A stretch of 20,000 nucleotides of DNA, taken from IMG/VR virus record IMGVR_UViG_3300031087_000234, positions 56,974-76,973 of that record. One strand, 5' to 3'. Shown here one piece after another: positions 8,946 to 15,569 of this stretch. Both the position numbers and the translations under genes were made by a program. Each line of letters begins with the position of its first letter. Within the stretch, counting starts at the first letter, position 1. The stretch is from an uncultured virus (IMG/VR IMGVR_UViG_3300031087_000234) (Duplodnaviria > Heunggongvirae > Uroviricota > Caudoviricetes). Below the pieces are notes generated by a model. It had not been told where the DNA came from. It saw only the letters and a list, made by a program, of their open reading frames with translations, and did not search any database.

Positions 8946-9265
8946 TGTTTATGCGTCTGGACTTATCTAGCATTATTGAAACAAGTGTTGAGAAAAAAGA
9001 CGGACGCTCTCTGAAAGATATTGCCCTTTACCTAAGTTCTGAATCAGGGGAAGTAGCCGATTGGCTGCTTAACCCTCAGAAGCGGAAAGAGGGATTACTC
9101 GGAGAGTGCTCGGATGTAATCATTTGTGTAGTTGATCTGGCGTTCCAGTATCTTAAGACACAACATACCTACTCAGAACTTGACGACCAAAGTTTGGCAA
9201 ATATTCTCTCAGTTATGCTGGAAGAAACTATCGATAAAAAGTGCGAAAAGTGGGCAGGTAAATGA
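8945..9265 (+). CDS. MazG-like NTP pyrophosphohydrolase (single domain)
   Basis: ExxE...ExxD helical motif: LSSESGEVADW...LLGECSDVIICVVDLA. Confidence 0.75.
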   Translation: MFMRLDLSSIIETSVEKKDGRSLKDIALYLSSESGEVADWLLNPQKRKEGLLGECSDVIICVVDLAFQYLKTQHTYSELDDQSLANILSVMLEETIDKKCEKWAGK

Positions 9266-9456
9266 TGGCAGTCTTTGGTGAGATTATACTTGTGGCTCTG
9301 GGCCTAGTGATATTTCTTTGGTCTACTTTCGTAGCATATTTTGTCAGTAAATTACAACACGTAGGTTTTGTATTTGTTCTGCCAATGTGCTTGGGACTTT
9401 TAATGATATGGGTAGGAATTCATTATGGCCCCATAACTGTGTCAACAGGAGGGTAA
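9262..9456 (+). CDS. Small membrane protein (2 TM)
   Basis: Two hydrophobic stretches; overlaps the upstream stop. Confidence 0.7.
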   Translation: MMAVFGEIILVALGLVIFLWSTFVAYFVSKLQHVGFVFVLPMCLGLLMIWVGIHYGPITVSTGG

Positions 9457-9642
9457 ATGAGATTAAGAGCAATAGAGAATAGGCGTATAAACCGCTTAGC
9501 CTTTCGCGTTATGTTGGGGAATGGCCCTAGCAAACATAAACTGGACTTCAATATGCGTAGGCGTATAAAAGGTTTCAGTATGTACCGATCTAGTATGCCG
9601 TATGAGCGTTTCTTGGACAACAGGACGGGCTGGTATGATTGA
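9457..9642 (+). CDS. Small basic hypothetical protein
   Basis: SD AGGAGG; Arg-rich 61 aa. AATAGGCGTATAAA / GTAGGCGTATAAA occurs twice (RRI repeat). Confidence 0.65.
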   Translation: MRLRAIENRRINRLAFRVMLGNGPSKHKLDFNMRRRIKGFSMYRSSMPYERFLDNRTGWYD

Positions 9643-10168
9643 TTATCAAATTGGAAATCTGATTGATCAAGGTAAGAAAGGCAACGTCCAAGTGATCGCA
9701 CATTGTGCTAACTGTATGAATACTATGAAATCGGGTATTGCCCCTCAAATCGTGAAGGCATTCCCTTATGCAGCAGAAGCAGATAAGCAAACAGTCCGAG
9801 GTGACAGGGAAAAGCTAGGTACTTTCAGCTTAGGTATCGCTGAACCAGAAGATTACGATCTTTTAGGATATAATTGTCCTGATGTTTTCAATCTATACGG
9901 TCAATATGGCTTCACCAAACGTCAGCTAGGACAACGTGACCTGGACTATGATGCGATCTACAACGCACTAGAGGGAATGGCCTTTAAGCTAGTTGATTGG
10001 GGAGCAGAAGACCTAAACATAGGACTACCCGCTCTAGGTTGTGGGTTGGCTGGAGCCAAATGGAGAATCATTGAGGCAATGATCGAAGAAACTGTTTGCC
10101 TTACGGATAACCGTGTAGTAGTATTCTCCCTATCGAAAGAAGCGCAAGACGCACTATTACGGAGGTAA
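9635..10168 (+). CDS. Macrodomain protein (ADP-ribose binding/hydrolase; T4 Tk.4-like)
   Basis: GNLID...IAHCANCMNTMKSGIAPQIVKAFP, VFNLYGQY, IGLPALGCGLAGAKW. The likely start is ATG 9635. Confidence 0.88.
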   Translation: MIDYQIGNLIDQGKKGNVQVIAHCANCMNTMKSGIAPQIVKAFPYAAEADKQTVRGDREKLGTFSLGIAEPEDYDLLGYNCPDVFNLYGQYGFTKRQLGQRDLDYDAIYNALEGMAFKLVDWGAEDLNIGLPALGCGLAGAKWRIIEAMIEETVCLTDNRVVVFSLSKEAQDALLRR

Positions 10169-10169
10169 T

Positions 10170-10424
10170 GTGGCAAAAGTATTTACAGTGACAAAGTTCC
10201 CGTATGATGATGTAACAGTCCTGGTGAGTGATGGTGAAAACCAGACAGGATTTTATGTCGGAGAAACGGAAGAAGCTGGCGTTATTAGTTTAGACGCCTT
10301 CCTGAAAGCAGTAGATGTATCTGAGTGGAAAGAAGACCAGCTTAAACTGTTCAACAGCCCTCTGTTTAAAGATACACCTCCTGGCAATATGATCGGTGAG
10401 TTCACCATCCCAATTACAACATAA
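10170..10424 (+). CDS. Hypothetical protein
   Basis: GTG start with SD GGAGG. Confidence 0.7.
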   Translation: MAKVFTVTKFPYDDVTVLVSDGENQTGFYVGETEEAGVISLDAFLKAVDVSEWKEDQLKLFNSPLFKDTPPGNMIGEFTIPITT

Positions 10425-10434
10425 GGAGATATAA

Positions 10435-10641
10435 ATGGAAGCTATTGTGGCTATCTTTGTATTCTTGGTATTTATTTTTATTTCATTCTTGATTATGCTG
10501 ATCCCCAGCTTCCTGCTGATTTGGGCGTATGATTATGTCGCAGTTCAGTTTGATTGGCACGTACTTGCTCTGAGTTGGGGTAACGTCATCTGTGTTGCTA
10601 TTCTTATGGTAATTGCACGTAGCATCTTCAAGAAAAACTGA
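10435..10641 (+). CDS. Small membrane protein (2 TM)
   Basis: SD TAAGGAG; two long hydrophobic segments and a basic C-terminus. Confidence 0.75.
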   Translation: MEAIVAIFVFLVFIFISFLIMLIPSFLLIWAYDYVAVQFDWHVLALSWGNVICVAILMVIARSIFKKN

Positions 10642-10669
10642 TTGACAAAGAGGGAGGATGTGTTATCCT
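10642..10669 (+). promoter_or_regulatory. sigma70-type promoter (extended -10) with overlapping inverted repeat
   Basis: TTGACA (10642-10647), 16 bp spacer ending TGT, TATCCT (10664-10669); inverted repeat GAGGGAGGAT/ATCCTTCCCTC. Confidence 0.6.
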
Positions 10670-10697
10670 TCCCTCATCAAAGAAACAAGGAGGAAGT

Positions 10698-11054
10698 ATG
10701 GAACAATTAGTACCTAACGCAGACTATCAGCTTATGGTGGAAGTCGGTGACAAACAGATTAAGTTTGACTATGTTGGACACTTCACTGTCGGTGGAAAAA
10801 CCATCCTTAGTATTATCCGAGAGGATAACCGTGCATACTTCTACGAAGGTCAGGAGGGTGTCACTCACGAAGACACCATTGACGCTCTGAATCGTATCCT
10901 CAGTGAAGGTATGGTTGCCCAAGCTATGCAATGTGTAAATGTCGGTGACGGTTTCTATGATGTTGAATGTGCCAATAACAAAGGCATTATGCGACTTCAC
11001 TTCCAAGAAGTAGAAGATTCGGTTTTCAACTTCTATAAGATCGAAACACTTTAA
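10698..11054 (+). CDS. Hypothetical protein
   Basis: SD AAGGAGG; 118 aa acidic ORF. Confidence 0.75.
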   Translation: MEQLVPNADYQLMVEVGDKQIKFDYVGHFTVGGKTILSIIREDNRAYFYEGQEGVTHEDTIDALNRILSEGMVAQAMQCVNVGDGFYDVECANNKGIMRLHFQEVEDSVFNFYKIETL

Positions 11055-11068
11055 ATAAGGAACGGCGT

Positions 11069-11128
11069 ATGGTGCTGATTGTTATAGTATTCCTGTTCGC
11101 CGTCCTCTTTCTGGAGGGTATTTTATGA
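11069..11128 (+). CDS. Putative 19 aa single-TM microprotein (MVLIVIVFLFAVLFLEGIL)
   Basis: SD TAAGGA 7 nt upstream; stop overlaps the next start (ATGA). Confidence 0.5.
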   Translation: MVLIVIVFLFAVLFLEGIL

Positions 11129-11358
11129 AGATTATACTTAAAGTAGCATTGTTTGTTTTCCTGTGTGGCTTAGGCGCTATTGCACACGCTGCTGATATTC
11201 AGCAAGAAAAGGTTTACAGCGGCGGTTTTACAAAGGCTGATGTTTTAGTTGTAAAAGATAAAACACACGGTGTAATGTGTTGGGTGTTCGATGGAGGTAG
11301 TAACATCACCTCCCAATGTCTACCAGCAAGCCAAGTGCAAAACTTTGATAAAGATTGA
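11125..11358 (+). CDS. Small secreted/periplasmic protein
   Basis: Sec signal peptide ending AHA; two Cys in the mature part (VMCWV...SQCLP). Confidence 0.75.
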   Translation: MKIILKVALFVFLCGLGAIAHAADIQQEKVYSGGFTKADVLVVKDKTHGVMCWVFDGGSNITSQCLPASQVQNFDKD

Positions 11359-11367
11359 AAATAAAGA

Positions 11368-11395
11368 TTGACGAGTAAAAAGATTCTGGTAAGAT
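11368..11395 (+). promoter_or_regulatory. sigma70-type promoter for the terC-like gene
   Basis: TTGACG (11368-11373), 16 bp spacer ending TGG, TAAGAT (11390-11395). AAAGATTGACG is identical to the 6221 site. Confidence 0.7.
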
Positions 11396-11455
11396 GTATC
11401 ACATCAAGACGAGAGAGTTAGCAAATAGGTTGCTAGCTAATTAGAGGAGAAACAA

Positions 11456-12520
11456 ATGAACACATTTATGAAATACTATAAGATCCCAACAATCCTTTGG
11501 GGTATCGGTATCGCACTCGGCGGTTACATCGGATTCGCAGAGACGGGTACTATTACCGGATTGATTGAAGGTTTGGTGGCGGTGATGATTCTGTCTGTTC
11601 TTGAGGTTTCTCTCTCAGCAGATAATGCAGTACTGAACGCAAAGAAACTGGCAGATATGGATGAGGTTTGGAAAAAGCGTTTTCTTACCTGGGGTATGTT
11701 GATTGCGGTATTTGGTATGCGGCTGGTGCTTCCGATTCTGATTGTGGCTGGTCTGGGTGAAATGACACCTTGGCACGCAGTATGGTTAGGCTTCAATGAC
11801 CCTAAGCAGTATGCAGAGGTGTTACAGTCTAGTCATCATCTGGTAGCGAGTTTTGGTGGTGCATTCCTGTTAATGGTGGCTCTGGGCTTCTTCCTGGATG
11901 ATGAGAAAGATAATCACTGGTTGGGTTGGATTGAAAAACCTTTAGCTAAGATGGGCGGTAGTCTTACAGTACAGGTTGGTATTACTTTAGTAGCACTGAT
12001 TGCAGCAAGTTTTGGTGCAGAACAAGCAGAACGTGTACCGTTCCTAGCTTCTGGTGCAGTAGGTGTCCTGCTGTTCCTGGGTATCCACTTACTGTCTGAG
12101 TGGCTTGAAGCGAAAGATGAAGCAATGGCTAAAGTTACAGGAATGGCGGTTAAATCAGGTCTGGCTGGCTTTATCTACCTGGAGATTCTGGATGCATCTA
12201 TGAGTTTTGATGGACTGATTGCAGCATTCGCTATCACACAGTACTTCTTGGTGATTATGATTGGTCTGGGCATTGGCGCACTGTTTGTACGTTCTATGAC
12301 TCTCCACGTACTTGAGTCTGGACATATGGGTGAATACCGCTATATGGAGAACGGAGCTTTCTTCGCTATCCTGTGCCTGGCAGTGATTATGCTTCTGAAC
12401 TTTGTGTTCGAAGTGCCGGAAGTAGTAACTGGTCTGATTGGCGTAGCTTTCCTGGGTGCAGCGGTTTACCACAGCCACGTACTCAACAAGAAAGAAGCTT
12501 TAGAAGAAGCAACTGAATAA
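11456..12520 (+). CDS. terC: TerC-superfamily integral membrane protein (DUF475 type)
   Basis: LEVSLSADNAVLNA, FLTWGMLIAVFGMRL, YLEILDASMSFDGLIAAFAIT, GALFVRSMT, YMENGAFFAI; multi-pass hydrophobic profile. Confidence 0.88.
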   Translation: MNTFMKYYKIPTILWGIGIALGGYIGFAETGTITGLIEGLVAVMILSVLEVSLSADNAVLNAKKLADMDEVWKKRFLTWGMLIAVFGMRLVLPILIVAGLGEMTPWHAVWLGFNDPKQYAEVLQSSHHLVASFGGAFLLMVALGFFLDDEKDNHWLGWIEKPLAKMGGSLTVQVGITLVALIAASFGAEQAERVPFLASGAVGVLLFLGIHLLSEWLEAKDEAMAKVTGMAVKSGLAGFIYLEILDASMSFDGLIAAFAITQYFLVIMIGLGIGALFVRSMTLHVLESGHMGEYRYMENGAFFAILCLAVIMLLNFVFEVPEVVTGLIGVAFLGAAVYHSHVLNKKEALEEATE

Positions 12521-12524
12521 AAAT

Positions 12525-12548
12525 AGAGCCTCCTTCGGGAGGCTTTTT
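12525..12548 (+). terminator. Rho-independent terminator
   Basis: AGAGCCTCC-TTCG-GGAGGCTTT-TT. Confidence 0.88.
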
Positions 12549-12565
12549 CGTTAAAGGAGAAAATA

Positions 12566-12658
12566 ATGTTTGCAATGTTTGCCTTAGGTATCGTACTCTT
12601 GGTTCTTCCGGTGTTGGCAATATGTTTCATAGTGTCAATTATCAAAAAACTTTTATAG
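12566..12658 (+). CDS. 30 aa single-TM microprotein (MFAMFALGIVLLVLPVLAICFIVSIIKKLL)
   Basis: Strong SD AAGGAG; hydrophobic helix with KK at the C-terminus. Absent from the ORF track. Confidence 0.7.
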   Translation: MFAMFALGIVLLVLPVLAICFIVSIIKKLL

Positions 12659-12667
12659 GACAAGAGC

Positions 12668-12760
12668 TTGATTATTTTATTTCTATGCTGTACAGTGTTT
12701 ATATTCCTGCCATCGGCAGCAATCGCGCTAATGGCATTATCAATAAGAGAGGGGAGATAA
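12668..12760 (+). CDS. 30 aa single-TM microprotein (MIILFLCCTVFIFLPSAAIALMALSIREGR)
   Basis: TTG start with SD TAGGA; fills the gap exactly up to the next ATG at 12762. Confidence 0.5.
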   Translation: MIILFLCCTVFIFLPSAAIALMALSIREGR

Positions 12761-12761
12761 T

Positions 12762-12959
12762 ATGTTTACTTTAGTGCTGATAACGAGTATGCTTTATAAC
12801 AGTAACGGTGGTTGGAATCAGGTAGTTGTTCCTGACCTGTCCTATCAAACGTGTCAAACTGAAATAGCTAAGTTTGCTATGCAAGCAGAGAACCGAGACG
12901 GTCAGAAGCACGGATATGTTATTGAATTCAGTGATTGCATTCCACAAGGAGAAAAGTAA
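12762..12959 (+). CDS. Small hypothetical protein (hydrophobic N-terminus, two Cys)
   Basis: SD GAGGGGAG; pattern MFTLVLIT...SYQTCQ...DCIP. Confidence 0.7.
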   Translation: MFTLVLITSMLYNSNGGWNQVVVPDLSYQTCQTEIAKFAMQAENRDGQKHGYVIEFSDCIPQGEK

Positions 12960-13324
12960 TGGTATACTCTAACGAAGATTTCCTAGAAAACTATCTATTC
13001 TGTCGTCATTTGTCCGATGCAATAACAGGCTTGAAGGCTGCTCATCCTGGCATCAAGATTGTTGCATCTACCGTAGATAACCTATACATCCCGTCCGGTA
13101 TTGTGGCTTGTGATGGAGACGGTGAAGGCGAGTGTGAAGTCAGAAAGCGCGTAAGCTACCATAAGTTAGTCACCAACGCAGACGATACGCTTATCTTGGA
13201 GATCCACTTACACGAGTATTGGACTTCTTCTTTTAGTACCGCAGAAACAGATAACGGTTTGATGTTCTGGGATGAAGAAAAAGATGTTGAAGTATTTGTT
13301 GACGTACCTGTAGCGGAGGTGTAG
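12959..13324 (+). CDS. Hypothetical protein
   Basis: TAATG coupling at 12959 with SD AAGGAG; acidic. Confidence 0.75.
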   Translation: MVYSNEDFLENYLFCRHLSDAITGLKAAHPGIKIVASTVDNLYIPSGIVACDGDGEGECEVRKRVSYHKLVTNADDTLILEIHLHEYWTSSFSTAETDNGLMFWDEEKDVEVFVDVPVAEV

Positions 13325-13325
13325 T

Positions 13326-13496
13326 ATGAAGTGGTTCGGATATGTCTTTGCAGTCATAGACTTTGTAGCATCAACAATCGGATGGATTATTATTGCAACG
13401 GTGTTGATTTGTGCTCTGAACGGTGGTAAGATTGAGTTCACAAATAAAGGTGAGTCTCATTGTTTTGGCAAGTGTGAAGTAATACAATCTAAATAA
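13326..13496 (+). CDS. 56 aa membrane protein (MKWFGYVFAVIDF...HCFGKCEVIQSK), absent from the ORF track
   Basis: SD GGAGG; hydrophobic N-terminal half and C-terminal CxxxC. Translated by hand. Confidence 0.7.
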   Translation: MKWFGYVFAVIDFVASTIGWIIIATVLICALNGGKIEFTNKGESHCFGKCEVIQSK

Positions 13497-13515
13497 CTTA
13501 AAGCGAGGATAAATT

Positions 13516-14115
13516 ATGAAAAAGTCAATCATCACTCTGGCAGCAACTGTTCTTCTGGCAACCGTAGCACTTACAGGTTGTGACGATCATCGTACCCGTA
13601 CCGTAGTTGTCCCTGCTCCCCAGCAGCAGCAATACGATTATGACGGAGACGGCTATGCAGATAATCCAGTTGTGGTTCAGCAACAGCCTTCTACTGTAGT
13701 TGTTGCGGGTGGCGGTCATCACGATATCGGTGTCGGTACTTTTATGGCTGGCGCACTTACTGGTCATCTTCTGTCTAATGCAGGTCGTGGTGGCAATAAC
13801 ACTACTGTGATTAACAATCACAACAATAGCAGCAGCTATAGCAACGGCAGTAACTATCGCGGCGGTAGTTCTTATAGCAATGGCAGCAGTTCTTATAACC
13901 GCAACGCTCCGACTACAACCACACGTACTACGACAACTCGCGGTTGGTTTGGTGGCGGTAAATCTAGCAGCACTTATAAGAGCGCACCGAGTAGCTTTAG
14001 CCGTTCTTCTAGCTCATCTAGCTCCCGCTCTTATAGCAAGCCTAGCCGTAGCTCGTCTAGCTTCTCTTCACGAAGCAGCAGTTCACGTAGTTTCAGTTCT
14101 TCTCGTCGTCGCTAA
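13516..14115 (+). CDS. Lipoprotein with low-complexity Ser/Arg-rich tail (YgiB/DUF1190-like architecture)
   Basis: Signal peptide with lipobox LTG-C; central FMAGALTGHLLS; N/S/T/R-rich disordered C-terminus ending SSSRRR. Confidence 0.8.
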   Translation: MKKSIITLAATVLLATVALTGCDDHRTRTVVVPAPQQQQYDYDGDGYADNPVVVQQQPSTVVVAGGGHHDIGVGTFMAGALTGHLLSNAGRGGNNTTVINNHNNSSSYSNGSNYRGGSSYSNGSSSYNRNAPTTTTRTTTTRGWFGGGKSSSTYKSAPSSFSRSSSSSSSRSYSKPSRSSSSFSSRSSSSRSFSSSRRR

Positions 14116-14127
14116 TAGGAGATAAAG

Positions 14128-14340
14128 GTGAAAGTAGGAAAGAAATATCAGATAATGGGGGCTATCTTTGACGATATAGCTCTACTAGAAAATGCAAATA
14201 TTTTCGAGTTGGTAGATATCGAAGATAAAGGGACTAAAAATGAAGCGTACATTTTTAAGGGTGTATCCACTTCAAGGACGCAAGTATGTCATAAGACTAC
14301 TCAAGATATCGGTTTGGCAATCATTCACGAAGTAGGTTGA
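14128..14340 (+). CDS. Hypothetical protein
   Basis: GTG start with SD AGGAG; MKVGKKYQI SH3-like start. Confidence 0.7.
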   Translation: MKVGKKYQIMGAIFDDIALLENANIFELVDIEDKGTKNEAYIFKGVSTSRTQVCHKTTQDIGLAIIHEVG

Positions 14341-14365
14341 CTTTTACTCAGAGAGGTCATAAGAT
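14337..14365 (+). promoter_or_regulatory. sigma70-type promoter with hairpin over the -10 box
   Basis: TTGACT (14337-14342), 17 bp spacer, TAAGAT (14360-14365); inverted repeat at 14350-14371. Confidence 0.7.
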
Positions 14366-14394
14366 CTCTCTTGTTAAGAGAAACCGGAGGAAGT

Positions 14395-14973
14395 ATGAAA
14401 TCTATTCAAGAAATAATGATGTTATGGGCAGGAGTTATGACTGAGTTAAAGGATAACTTCCCCGAGTATCACTCACTACTTAAGCGTCACGGATACAAGG
14501 CTTGTGTTCGTGAAAGAAGAAACAATAGTTTTGGATGGTGCAATCACAAAGAGCGGATTGTTGCAATCAACAAGTTTCTGCATAAGAATAGCCAAGACGA
14601 AGCTATCCTTGATACTATGTGGCACGAAATAGCCCACGCTATTGATTTCTGTCAACGTGGCGTATCTGACCACGGCCCTCAATGGAAAGCAATCGCAGAA
14701 CAATTAGGAGCCATTGCTAAATCTGCTTCTAAACGTGCGGTGAAGGTTCAATACAAATTTGTATGTGCTTATCGAGAGAGTGATCGTAGCGTTAAAATGC
14801 TTAAGGGCTATCATCGAAAGCCTGCTCATTATAAACCCAACTCAGTTATGGCTGATACGTTTATGAAGGGAAAGAAAGAAGAGAGTATGGGTAAAGTTTG
14901 GTTGTATACTTGGGAAAAATGGGTTACAATCTGTCAAATACTCGGTCAATCACCTTATAGAGAGGAGAATTAA
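14395..14973 (+). CDS. SprT-like zinc metalloprotease
   Basis: FGWC, DTMWHEIAHAI (HExxH), DHGPQWKAIAEQLG; SD GGAGG before ATG 14395. Confidence 0.88.
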   Translation: MKSIQEIMMLWAGVMTELKDNFPEYHSLLKRHGYKACVRERRNNSFGWCNHKERIVAINKFLHKNSQDEAILDTMWHEIAHAIDFCQRGVSDHGPQWKAIAEQLGAIAKSASKRAVKVQYKFVCAYRESDRSVKMLKGYHRKPAHYKPNSVMADTFMKGKKEESMGKVWLYTWEKWVTICQILGQSPYREEN

Positions 14974-14974
14974 T

Positions 14975-15559
14975 ATGGGATCTATTATTACAGGAAAGCC
15001 AGAACTGTTTAAAGGCGCTCCAAAGTGGGCAACAAAAGTGCTGGAAAGTGATCGGATGTTAAGTTCACTGCGAGTATGGAGCAATGGAGAAAAATACCAA
15101 TACATCGCTGGTTATGAAGGTGGTGAAAGTACTCAGCGGGAGATCCCTGGGCGCTGGCCTTTCGGTGGTATTACTATTGCCGAGCGATACTTCGTAGAAG
15201 ATAAACCTAAAAAGGTTAAAACTGCACGTAAAAAGGGAGCTAAGAAAACACCTAAAGCTGTTTCTAAGCTGGAGATTCGCTATGTTCTTGGTGAAAAGTA
15301 TGTGATCAAGAACCCTATAGCTATGCATATCACCCAAGACTCAGTTCTTATTGCCTTGGAAGCTAAAGGTCAGATCGGTGTCGATGATGTTGTTGTGCAG
15401 AAGAATGTTCGCATCGAACGTTCCAGCCTTTCTGCTATTGTTGTATCCGATGCTAAAACAGGTTACTCGTCTGTGATTTATTTCGACGAAGAGACAGCAA
15501 AAGAGTTTACACACGGGCATTCTCGTGATATCTTAACTGCCGAATACATCTTTAATTAA
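14975..15559 (+). CDS. Hypothetical modular protein (paralogue family member C)
   Basis: N-terminal FKGAPKWAT, basic linker KPKKVKTARKKGAKKTPK, C-terminal beta-rich domain. Confidence 0.8.
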   Translation: MGSIITGKPELFKGAPKWATKVLESDRMLSSLRVWSNGEKYQYIAGYEGGESTQREIPGRWPFGGITIAERYFVEDKPKKVKTARKKGAKKTPKAVSKLEIRYVLGEKYVIKNPIAMHITQDSVLIALEAKGQIGVDDVVVQKNVRIERSSLSAIVVSDAKTGYSSVIYFDEETAKEFTHGHSRDILTAEYIFN

Positions 15560-15569
15560 GGAGAACATA

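Noticed and set aside
11396..11455. yybP-ykoY (Mn2+) riboswitch expected upstream of a TerC-family gene
   Set aside because: The leader is only about 55 nt, too short for this riboswitch, and I see only short inverted repeats.
13790..14112. Repetitive AGC/TCT-rich DNA as a possible tandem repeat or CRISPR-like array
   Set aside because: There is no fixed-length repeat-spacer periodicity; it is explained by Ser/Asn/Arg-rich coding.
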